Under the pieces are notes generated by a model that was not told the origin of the DNA, ran no database searches, and was given only the letters and a program-made list of their open reading frames with translations. Made by a program: the position numbers and the translations under genes. Source: Candidatus Doudnabacteria bacterium RIFCSPHIGHO2_02_FULL_42_25 (GTDB lineage: Bacteria > Patescibacteriota > Doudnabacteria > UBA920 > O2-02-FULL-48-8). Taken from it: a DNA stretch of 64,000 bases. The DNA lies in assembly GCA_001777665.1 (NCBI GenBank), contig MFEQ01000004.1, positions 129,331 through 193,330 of the forward strand, in the 5' to 3' direction. Numbering within the stretch: the stretch's first letter is position 1; each line of letters opens with the position of its first letter. Positions 36,454 through 44,621 of the stretch are shown in pieces.

Positions 36454-38133
36454 TCACATTTCCTCTAAGGGATCAATGCCGAGTAGCTGGAGTCCTTTGG
36501 AAAGCGTGTTTTTTGATAGATTTATCAGAGCCAATCGGGAATTTTTTATTTGTTCATCCGGTTCCGCTATTACTGGGCTCTCATGATAAAACTTGTTAAT
36601 CAGACCGGCTAAGTCATAGAGATAGTTAGCCAACACATTCGGCATGTATTCTTTCATAGCATCAACCACGACCTCATCAAAGGTCGAGATCTTGAACAAA
36701 ATCTCTCTCTCTGTTGGAGTTAAGGATGTAGAATGTAGTACGTAGGATGTAGGGCCAACCTTGCGGAGAATACTTGCCAATCGTGCGTATGAATATTGAA
36801 TATACGGACCGCTGTTTCCTTCGAAGTCCAGTGCTTTGTCCCAATCAAACTCTATATCACTGTGTCGGTTGTGTGATAAATCAAAATATTTAATCGCTCC
36901 GATGGCCACAGCATTCACGACATCTTTCGCTTTTGCTAATTCTGGATTTTTATCTGCAATAATTTTTGCGACTTTTTCTTTCGCTGCCGCCAGCACTTCC
37001 TCTACCAGAACCATGTTACCCTTTCTAGTAGACAGCGCTTGGCCTTTGAAACTCATAAATCCATAATCCACATGCACGCCCTCATCATCTTTCATGTATC
37101 CTAGTTTATGCAGAATGGCGAACAGTTGTTTGAACGCATGAGACTGCCTGACATCCACGACATATAATTGTTTGGTAAACCCTTGGCTTTGACGAAAAAT
37201 AAAAGTCGCCAAATCGCGCAACAAATATGTGGTGCCACGATCCGACTTCACTATCAACCCTATCCCCAATCCTTCTGGTTCCAAATCTACAATTTGCGCG
37301 CCTTGAGATTCTTTCAAAAGATTTTTTGATTTGAGATCCATCAGAACTTTGGGCATTTTGTCGTGATAGAAACTTTCGGGCCAATGGTTATCGAACGGTT
37401 CTATGTTCATCAATTCGTTGATAGTCAAAAATTTCTTCATACTCAAATCCACAAACTTTGTCCAAAGTGCGTGGTTCTGAGTATCACCATGTTCTAATTT
37501 GACAAACTCTTGTTTTGCCTCTTCTCGAAGTTTAGGGTCTGCTTCAGCTTCTTCATTAATCTTTACATATAATTTATTTAACTCACCGATTGGATCATTT
37601 TCCAGTAATCCTTCATTGCCATATTTTTTGTAAGCCAGCAAAATCAATCCGAACTGCGTACCCCAATCTCCCATATGAGTATCGGATTGAACTTGATAAC
37701 CTAAATATCGGAGCATCCGCAAAATAGCGTCACCGATGATAGCAGTGCGCAAATGCCCAATATGCAAAGGCTTCGCAATATTTGGCTGGAAATATTCGAC
37801 TAACACGCGTTCTTTTGTTACGTGTTCCATGTTACGTGCCACATGTTCAACCAAATAATCATTCTTCAAAGTAAAGTTAATAAAACCAGGGGCAGCGACT
37901 TCTACTTTTTCAAACTCTTGGCTTTTTAATTTTTCCGCCAAAGTCCGCGCTAAGTCCATTGGCTTTAAGTCCGCGTTTTTTGCTAAAATCAAAGCCGCGT
38001 TGGTGGCATAGTCCCCCAACCTCGATTCGGCAACAGAAACTGTAATTTTCGATTTCTGATCCTCACCAACTGTAATACCCGCAGATTGCACTGCGCTTAT
38101 AATCATTTCTAGTATCTTATCTTTCATTAGCAT
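36454..38133 (-). CDS. argS: arginine-tRNA ligase
   Basis: PNIAKPLHIGHLR, HMGDWGTQFG, GNSGPYIQYSYAR, C-terminal EEM. Confidence 0.96.
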   Translation of the reverse strand: MLMKDKILEMIISAVQSAGITVGEDQKSKITVSVAESRLGDYATNAALILAKNADLKPMDLARTLAEKLKSQEFEKVEVAAPGFINFTLKNDYLVEHVARNMEHVTKERVLVEYFQPNIAKPLHIGHLRTAIIGDAILRMLRYLGYQVQSDTHMGDWGTQFGLILLAYKKYGNEGLLENDPIGELNKLYVKINEEAEADPKLREEAKQEFVKLEHGDTQNHALWTKFVDLSMKKFLTINELMNIEPFDNHWPESFYHDKMPKVLMDLKSKNLLKESQGAQIVDLEPEGLGIGLIVKSDRGTTYLLRDLATFIFRQSQGFTKQLYVVDVRQSHAFKQLFAILHKLGYMKDDEGVHVDYGFMSFKGQALSTRKGNMVLVEEVLAAAKEKVAKIIADKNPELAKAKDVVNAVAIGAIKYFDLSHNRHSDIEFDWDKALDFEGNSGPYIQYSYARLASILRKVGPTSYVLHSTSLTPTEREILFKISTFDEVVVDAMKEYMPNVLANYLYDLAGLINKFYHESPVIAEPDEQIKNSRLALINLSKNTLSKGLQLLGIDPLEEM

Positions 38134-38195
38134 ACGGCTATTTTATCAGATATAATAAGCTAGAACAATAAAAAAACTGAACCACCCAAAGCGAT

Positions 38196-38378
38196 TCAGC
38201 GATGACCAGCCAAGCGGAAAGAATTCAGAAACAACACAGCCGCTCCGGCCCAGCTCAGTAGGCCCGCAATTGCGGACACCAGAAGAGAAAATCCTCCATG
38301 AACATGCCAGTCACCGAATGAGAGCAGGCCCACCAAGGCGCCTGATGTGATCGACTCACGGATGAAAACTCTGTTCAT
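38196..38378 (-). CDS. small two-TM hypothetical protein
   Basis: SD GGAGG upstream of ATG (MNRVFIRE...); GC-rich. Confidence 0.5.
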   Translation of the reverse strand: MNRVFIRESITSGALVGLLSFGDWHVHGGFSLLVSAIAGLLSWAGAAVLFLNSFRLAGHR

Positions 38379-38406
38379 AACCACCTCCATACTATTTTAT
38401 CCAAAT

Positions 38407-38859
38407 ATGCCGACACTTGCAAACAACAGAAAAGCACTACACAACTACTCGATTGAAGACTCAATCGAGGCCGGTTTGGTATTGCTCGGCCACGAGGTCA
38501 AAAGTATCAGAAACGGCCAGGCTAGCTTGGACGGCGCTTTTGTTTCTGTACGCGGTGGCGAAGCTTGGCTGAAAAATGCTTACATCGGGAAATACAAACA
38601 AGCTTCTAATCTCGAAGGTCATAACGAATCCAGAGAACGAAAGTTGCTGCTGAATAAAAAAGAGCTACTACAGCTGGAAAATCAAACCAAAGAAAAGGGA
38701 CTAACTCTAGTTCCTCTCCAACTCTATACTGCCAAGCATAACATCAAATTGAAAATCGGCCTGGCTCGCGGCAAGAAACGTTTCGACAAACGCGAGACTA
38801 TCAAGAAAAAAGAGATGAAACGCAAACTGGACCGAACAATCAGGACTAGGGTTAAATAG
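38407..38859 (+). CDS. smpB: SsrA-binding protein SmpB
   Basis: NNRKALHNY, EAGLVLLGHEVKSIR, RKLLL, GKKRFDKRE. Start at ATG 38407. Confidence 0.97.
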   Translation: MPTLANNRKALHNYSIEDSIEAGLVLLGHEVKSIRNGQASLDGAFVSVRGGEAWLKNAYIGKYKQASNLEGHNESRERKLLLNKKELLQLENQTKEKGLTLVPLQLYTAKHNIKLKIGLARGKKRFDKRETIKKKEMKRKLDRTIRTRVK

Positions 38860-38941
38860 ATATTACTATTTTGGACGATCGTCAATTTTAGTAAGCATAG
38901 CTCTTGCGAAAGATTCAATTTTCGTATATAATATTCGTCCT

Positions 38942-39335
38942 GGGGCTGATTGATTCGACAAGTGTTCTTTCAAATTTACTGCAAGTCCGATTAGCCTACT
39001 CTTTCGGTTAAAAAGAAAAGGTAAATCATAATTGCCACCTCATTGGTAAACAAAGTTAAAACAGCTTTTGCTGCTTTCAGCTTTGCTCCAGCTCTCGCTT
39101 AACTGTGAGGCTGCACCGACCCCTCGTCGTCTGCTAGAGGACCTCCGGTGTTATATTTGTAGACTTACTTTGACTGACGCTCGACATTCAAAGGACATCC
39201 GCCAGTTGGCGGAAGAGCAAACTTAAACCGTTTTGGTCCTGCTTCTATGGTTTAAGCCAAACAAGCAGGTCTAAACTTGTAGATGTGGATTTGAAAAATA
39301 TTTGGACGGGAGTTCACTACTCCCCAGCTCCACCA
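38942..39335 (+). ncRNA. ssrA: tmRNA; predicted tag (A)ATSLVNKVKTAFAAFSFAPALA* at 39034-39102
   Basis: GGGGCTG...CAGCTCCACCA acceptor with G3-U70, GATTCGAC, adjacent to smpB, tag ends in ALA-stop. Confidence 0.93.
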
Positions 39336-39369
39336 ATAAAACATTTAGGCAATCAAATTAAACAAATAA

Positions 39370-39600
39370 ATGCAAATAAAGTCCATATATGCAGCTGCTA
39401 AAGATACTCAAACCAGGCCGGTTTTGAAGACCTTTTCTTGGAGGATTCTAGCCACAATTATTACTGGAATAGTTGTATATTTATATACAGGCAAAATCGG
39501 CGAATCTAGTAAGATTACTTTAACCGCAGCCGTGATACTAACCGTTTCTTACTACTTACACGAAAGATTGTGGATTTGGATACGGGGTCGGAGAAATTAG
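39370..39600 (+). CDS. DUF2061 family small membrane protein
   Basis: KTFSWRILAT...YYLHERLW. Confidence 0.8.
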   Translation: MQIKSIYAAAKDTQTRPVLKTFSWRILATIITGIVVYLYTGKIGESSKITLTAAVILTVSYYLHERLWIWIRGRRN

Positions 39601-39705
39601 AATACTGTAAATTTGGCTCACTAGAGCCAAAGCAGTTTGCCACCAGTTGACCAAACAGGGAAAAATCATTATAATTAGTTTGCTTCTAACATTAAATAAA
39701 CTGCG

Positions 39706-40224
39706 ATAGCACAGAAAACTCGCATCAACAACCAAATACGTGTTCCTGAAGTTCGGGTCATCGATGACGGCGGCAAAATGGTCGGCATCATGAAAATCGA
39801 GGACGCTTTGGCTCTAGCCAAAGAAAGAGAAGTCGATTTAGTCGAAATCTCCCCTCAAGCCCGCCCTCCAGTAGTCAAACTTCTGAACTACGACAAATAC
39901 CGCTACCAACAGGAAAAATTGGCCCAGGATGCCAAAAAAAAGGCCAAAAAGATCATGGTTAAAGGGATCCGACTTTCGGTCCGGATTGGCGAACACGATT
40001 TGAACTTCAAATCCAAGCAAACTATCGAGTTTATCGGTGAAGGTAATAAAGTCAAAGTAGATGTAGTGATGCGCGGCCGCGAACAGGCCCACCCTGAATT
40101 AGCCTTTGAATTAATTAAGAAATTTCAATCATTAATCAGTGTCCCCTTTATCACGGAAACTGGACCCACTAGAATGGGCAACACCGTCTCGATCATTGTC
40201 GGACCACAGACGAAAGGCGTCTAG
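39706..40224 (+). CDS. infC: translation initiation factor IF-3 (non-AUG start, probably ATA)
   Basis: RINNQIRVPEVRVID lies upstream of the first ATG; DLVEISP..PPVVK, GREQAH. Confidence 0.95.
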   Translation: MAQKTRINNQIRVPEVRVIDDGGKMVGIMKIEDALALAKEREVDLVEISPQARPPVVKLLNYDKYRYQQEKLAQDAKKKAKKIMVKGIRLSVRIGEHDLNFKSKQTIEFIGEGNKVKVDVVMRGREQAHPELAFELIKKFQSLISVPFITETGPTRMGNTVSIIVGPQTKGV

Positions 40225-40299
40225 CGTTAAACGGCAGCGCAACGCGTATCGGTAAACGTGAGACGATACGCGCGGCGCCGACGAATAACGACTAACGCA
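40217..40299. repeat. nested palindromic element, intergenic copy overlapping the infC stop
   Basis: Homologous to the rsmA insert. Confidence 0.85.
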
Positions 40300-40306
40300 T
40301 AAATAC

Positions 40307-40498
40307 ATGCCCAAGCAGAAAACCAATAAAAGAGTGGCCAAAACTTTCTGGAGAACGGGAAGCGGCAAAATCATGCACCGCAAATCCGGCCAGGCTCATT
40401 TTAATTCTAGAGAATCCGGTAAAACCACCAAGAATAAACGTCGAGATTTAGTAATGCACAAGACCAACATAAAGCTTGGTCTAATCATGGGAAAATAG
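40307..40498 (+). CDS. rpmI: 50S ribosomal protein L35
   Basis: MPKQKTNKRVAKTFWRTGSGK..H; infC-rpmI-rplT synteny. Confidence 0.93.
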   Translation: MPKQKTNKRVAKTFWRTGSGKIMHRKSGQAHFNSRESGKTTKNKRRDLVMHKTNIKLGLIMGK

Positions 40499-40576
40499 AT
40501 TTACGAAATACGAATCAGTACGAATATACTAATGGTTTACCGATTCGTATATTAGTAACAATTAGTAATTAGTAAA
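40499..40576. repeat. inverted pair of TACGAA/TACTAA arrays
   Basis: TTTACGAAATACGAATCAGTACGAATATACTAAT ... ATTCGTATATTAGTA..ATTAGTAATTAGTAAA. Confidence 0.75.
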
Positions 40577-40580
40577 ATTT

Positions 40581-40925
40581 ATGACGAGAATAAAAAGAGG
40601 CGTCGCTGCTTCAAAGAGACGCAAATACATCTTAAAAAGAACCAAGGGTTTCACTAACCGCCGACGCACCAATGCGATCGCGGCAAAAGAAGCTCTACTT
40701 CACGCTGACTCATATGCATATGCTCATCGTAGACTTCGCAAACGAGACTTCCGAAAACTCTGGACCATCCGTATCAACGCTGTTGCTCACGAACAAGGAT
40801 TGTCTTACAGCAAGCTCATGAATAAACTTCACAAAAATAAAGTTGGCATCAACCGCAAGATGCTCGCTGAATTAGCAGTCCGCAATCCTAAGGCATTTGA
40901 AAAAATCGTTGCTGCGATAAAGTAG
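40581..40925 (+). CDS. rplT: 50S ribosomal protein L20
   Basis: MTRIKRG, RKRDFRKLWTIRINA, INRKMLAELA. Confidence 0.97.
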   Translation: MTRIKRGVAASKRRKYILKRTKGFTNRRRTNAIAAKEALLHADSYAYAHRRLRKRDFRKLWTIRINAVAHEQGLSYSKLMNKLHKNKVGINRKMLAELAVRNPKAFEKIVAAIK

Positions 40926-40926
40926 C

Positions 40927-41613
40927 ATGGATAAAGTTCGAGCAATCACAAAGGGCTCCCAGATCATAGACCAAATCTACTGGGAGCTTTTAAATATCCT
41001 GAAATCAAAATCAGTTCAGACAGAAATTTCTCTCGCGAACTTCATCAAACGACGAGCAAAAAAATTAGGAGCACAAGGCATGGCCTTCCCCCCCATCGTC
41101 TCCTTCGGAGTGAGCGCAGTTGAAATTCATCATAAGCCTTCCAATAAAAAAATTAACAAAAATAATTTCCTAATGTTAGACTTCGGTGTCAAGGTTTCAC
41201 AATACTGTTCTGATTTCACACGCACGCTTTTTTTAGGCCGACCAAATTCTTTTCATGAAAAAATTTACAATATTGTATTGAATGCGCAGAGAAAAAGTAT
41301 CCGCCTAGTTGCCATTGGAAAATTCGGAGATGAAATAGATTTTGCAGCGAGACACATCATCAACCAAGCTGGTTACGGAAAGTTTTACATCCATGGAACA
41401 GGACATGGAGTGGGTAAAAAAATTCACGAACTCCCCAACTTCAAACCAAACTCGGGTGATGTCGTTAAGAAAAACGATATAGTCACAGTCGAACCTGGAA
41501 TTTACCTCCCTAAAAAATTCGGGATCAGAATCGAAGATATGGTCTGGGTCAAAAACAAACCAAAAATACTTTCAAAAATTCCGACAGATTTCAAATCAAT
41601 GATTATCAAATAG
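40927..41613 (+). CDS. Xaa-Pro aminopeptidase (M24), catalytic domain only
   Basis: LDFG..YCSDFTRT, HGTGHGVG..IHE, TVEPGIY, GIRIED. Confidence 0.9.
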   Translation: MDKVRAITKGSQIIDQIYWELLNILKSKSVQTEISLANFIKRRAKKLGAQGMAFPPIVSFGVSAVEIHHKPSNKKINKNNFLMLDFGVKVSQYCSDFTRTLFLGRPNSFHEKIYNIVLNAQRKSIRLVAIGKFGDEIDFAARHIINQAGYGKFYIHGTGHGVGKKIHELPNFKPNSGDVVKKNDIVTVEPGIYLPKKFGIRIEDMVWVKNKPKILSKIPTDFKSMIIK

Positions 41614-41614
41614 A

Positions 41615-41643
41615 AAAAACTAGGTGAGAGAGCCTAGTTTTTT
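41615..41643. terminator. bidirectional terminator
   Basis: AAAAACTAGG-TGAGAGAG-CCTAGTTTTTT. Confidence 0.75.
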
Positions 41644-42115
41644 CTTTTGTCTCTTACGAGACGATCAGTCTGTCAGTATTTTGATAAGGCTAATCACGAT
41701 TTTAGTGACGCCCTACGAACTGGCAAACTGGATTCTATCCCCTGTCCAGAACAAATCTTCGGTGGTTAAGCCTAGTGATTGTGTTCCAGGCCGGAAATAA
41801 GCAACGTTTAAATATCTTTCTATCGATACAACATTAAACCATCCTTCATATGCTAGGATTGTTTAACCTCCTAAACTCGCTGCTTATTTGTCATTTATTT
41901 TTGTTTCTTGAAGCCTTGATATATCGCTGGTTTGATCCGTTTGGACCGGATGCTATGCGAAACTCAACTCTCTACATATATTATAGCATATATTACTCCG
42001 ACGCGCAAGAGCTTCAGTGGATTTTCATTCCAAATCTTGCGGTCGGAGCCCCGACTTCAATAAAAAATTAATTACAGACGTCGGGGTAGCAAATTTTTCG
42101 AGATTTGTCTAGTAC

Positions 42116-42144
42116 TTGACACTCGTTTCTTGTAAGAATAGTAT
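42116..42144 (+). promoter_or_regulatory. sigma70 promoter ahead of the riboswitch
   Basis: TTGACA-17-TAGTAT. Confidence 0.55.
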
Positions 42145-42171
42145 TAGCTTACGATCTTTAAAGTTTTTAAC

Positions 42172-42247
42172 TAATCATTTCTAGTGCAAGCAGGGTGGAA
42201 TTCCCTCACTGTGCCGCAACCGTAAAGTCGGGACCGAAAAATGATTA
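42172..42247 (+). promoter_or_regulatory. compact cobalamin riboswitch
   Basis: AGGGTGGAATTCCCT-CACTGTGCCGCAACCGTAA-AGTCGG core enclosed by TAATCATTT/AAATGATTA; terminator-like hairpin at about 42251-42291. Confidence 0.75.
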
Positions 42248-42346
42248 TCAACGCTTTACACACTCCCGAGCAGGGGTGGGCGGATTTTTTGTTCAAAAAA
42301 AATTCTACCCTCTTCTGTTCGGAAGAGGGTTTTCTTTTTTCCGTAC

Positions 42347-42685
42347 ATGAGTTCCAAGGAGGACACCGTGAATCGACGTCAGTTCGTCAAAATCGGCGTG
42401 GCTGCTGGTGTTACAGTTGCCACTGCATCGTGTGGGAGTTCCGTCACCGGACCGATCGCGGCCAGCACTGTTCCGTTGCTAACCAGGCTAAAGCAGCTGG
42501 GCCACACCTCTGCAAAAACAGTGCAATACAAGAACACTAACGCGTACATGATCGAGATCGGTGGCACTGTCAACAAAACCTTCAAGGTCGGCAATGTGCT
42601 GCTTGGCGAAGGCCCTGTCGTCTCACCTACTCTGGACATGGCGAGATTCGAGGTTCCTATCGACGCCGAAGTAATCGTCTCTTAG
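42347..42685 (+). CDS. putative lipoprotein with twin-arginine-like signal (start possibly GTG 42368)
   Basis: NRRQFVK, h-region, TAS-C lipobox; SD AAGGAGG before the GTG. Confidence 0.6.
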   Translation: MSSKEDTVNRRQFVKIGVAAGVTVATASCGSSVTGPIAASTVPLLTRLKQLGHTSAKTVQYKNTNAYMIEIGGTVNKTFKVGNVLLGEGPVVSPTLDMARFEVPIDAEVIVS

Positions 42686-42729
42686 GGGGAGCCTGTCTTC
42701 CCCATTTTCTTTTTTAAAATTATAATTCC

Positions 42730-44016
42730 ATGAAAAAAATATTTATCCCTATCGTTTCTGGTTTGGTCGTAGCAATTCTAGTTACGACGAATTTAGTTAG
42801 TGCTGCCAATTTATCGCAAGCGATTTCCACTCTACCATCAGACGAAGAATGGTCGATCATGGCGAGAGCTGTAGTCGGACAAAATTCTGGTGCTACGTAT
42901 TTGCGTTCCCCTATTTCAGATGGAGTGGCAACTGATTATGAAAAACGAATTTTGGCGATCACAGCGATCGGAGAAAACCCATCAACTTTTGGTTCGGAAA
43001 ATTTTGTAGCGAAACTTGAAGGTTTTTTTGATGGCAATCAAATAGGAGATGCGCAACTGCTGAACGATGATATCTTCGGAGTTCTCGCACTAGCTTCAGC
43101 TGGAATTTCCGACAATGCCGTTTCCAAATCAAGACAATTTATTTTGTCCCATCAAAATTCTGATGGTGGTTGGGGCTATGCCACTGGCATAGGTTCTGAT
43201 TCAAACATGACCGCGATGGCAATAGCTGCACTTTCACATACTGGTAGCGTTCCGTCGAATGCATTTAATTATTTAAGCAGCACGCAGCATTCATCTGGTG
43301 GTTACGGATTTATTCCAGGACAAACTCCAGATGGAGCATCCACAGCCTGGGTAGTGATGGGTTTGAATTCTGCGAATCGCACAGTTCCTTCAAATGCGAT
43401 CCAGTTTCTCGATAGTCTTCAAACTTCCAATGGTTCTTTCAAATGGAAGCCTACCGACGCCACAGGATCCGGCCTTGTCACAGCTTATGCGGTCATCGCA
43501 CTTTCAGGACACGGGATACCGGTCAAAATTACCACAAATCCAACCCCTCCACCACCACCTATACCAACGCCTTCTCCAGCTCCCAATCCCGCCCCAACAC
43601 CAGCACCGTCTCCTGCACCCTCTCCAACACCTAGTCCGAGCCCTAGTCCAGCTCCAAGCCCATCCCCATCTCCTGCCCCTTCACCTACTCCGCCACCAAT
43701 TTCCAATCAAGTCCACATCACGATTACTTTTCCAGGAAATTATATTATTAACAGCAATATACCTTATAGCTCTAACCTTTCCGTTCTTCAATCATTGGTT
43801 GCAGCCAGCGATCAAATCAATTTGCTCTATGAAATAAAACAGACTGGACTAGGCCAGTTTGTATATAGTATCGATGGTTATAAACCAACAGGAACTTCCG
43901 GTTGGCAGTACGCTGTAAACGGATCAGCCCCCGATGTCGGAGCTGCTGATTATATATTATCCAATCAAGATCATGTCCAATGGTTCTTCGGCTCCCCCGG
44001 CAGTACCCCTTATTAA
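42730..44016 (+). CDS. secreted prenyltransferase/squalene-oxidase-repeat protein + Pro-rich linker + DUF4430 (transcobalamin-like), probable cobalamin-binding protein
   Basis: QNSDGGWG repeats, SDSNMTAMAI, LGQFVYSIDG..GWQYAVNG..VGAADY; downstream of the B12 riboswitch. Confidence 0.8.
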   Translation: MKKIFIPIVSGLVVAILVTTNLVSAANLSQAISTLPSDEEWSIMARAVVGQNSGATYLRSPISDGVATDYEKRILAITAIGENPSTFGSENFVAKLEGFFDGNQIGDAQLLNDDIFGVLALASAGISDNAVSKSRQFILSHQNSDGGWGYATGIGSDSNMTAMAIAALSHTGSVPSNAFNYLSSTQHSSGGYGFIPGQTPDGASTAWVVMGLNSANRTVPSNAIQFLDSLQTSNGSFKWKPTDATGSGLVTAYAVIALSGHGIPVKITTNPTPPPPPIPTPSPAPNPAPTPAPSPAPSPTPSPSPSPAPSPSPSPAPSPTPPPISNQVHITITFPGNYIINSNIPYSSNLSVLQSLVAASDQINLLYEIKQTGLGQFVYSIDGYKPTGTSGWQYAVNGSAPDVGAADYILSNQDHVQWFFGSPGSTPY

Positions 44017-44300
44017 ACTCGGAGCGAGGACTGATTTTTTGGACGCTTTGCGGATTTCCTCAGAAATCGCAACGCGAATAAAAATCCACTTCAAAGGCAA
44101 TTTGCAATAGAGATTTTTATGTTCACAAAAAATCCGGTCCGAGCGATATTCCGGATAAAGGTCTAGTCTAGTATTGGTAATCCTCAACCAAACTAAACCT
44201 AAATCCATCTGTTATTAATCTATCCTTTAGCAATTTAAAACAGAACTAGCATTATATACAAATAAAACCAAAAATTCTTGTAAATTTTTGGCACCAACTC

Positions 44301-44325
44301 AAAACCCCGTGATAAACGGGGTTTT
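44301..44325. terminator. terminator hairpin
   Basis: AAAACCCCG-TGATAAA-CGGGGTTTT. Confidence 0.65.
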
Positions 44326-44621
44326 GCTCTTTTCATCCTGATCTGAGATTTCAGATTTTTTCCGTCCCGATAAATCGGAACCGAAATACTAGCCACTCGT
44401 AGTCATCTTTATAAGCCCACTATAATTCTTAACGAAGATGACTATTAAATTTTATGTCCCTCACTCCTTTCCTCTGAAATCTTATTCGCTTCCCCAAACG
44501 GACAAGATTTTTAATGGAGTGACTTTATTCTGTCTTATTGACCTTTTTTCCGCAATGTACAAACTCAACAATTTTAGTTAGGTTATAAACACAATAATTT
44601 GACAAACTATGCACATTGGGC

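Noticed and set aside
39706-39708. Non-AUG start of infC as a novelty
   Set aside because: Well-established IF3 autoregulation; recorded as a feature only.
41660-42071. Possible small genes or pseudogene between the M24 peptidase and the riboswitch
   Set aside because: No frame with a convincing start, SD or recognisable motif on either strand.
43394-43837. Overlapping ORFs, including the GAG-rich antisense ORF 43485-43706
   Set aside because: Shadow frames of the Pro-Ser/Pro-Ala linker of the DUF4430 protein.
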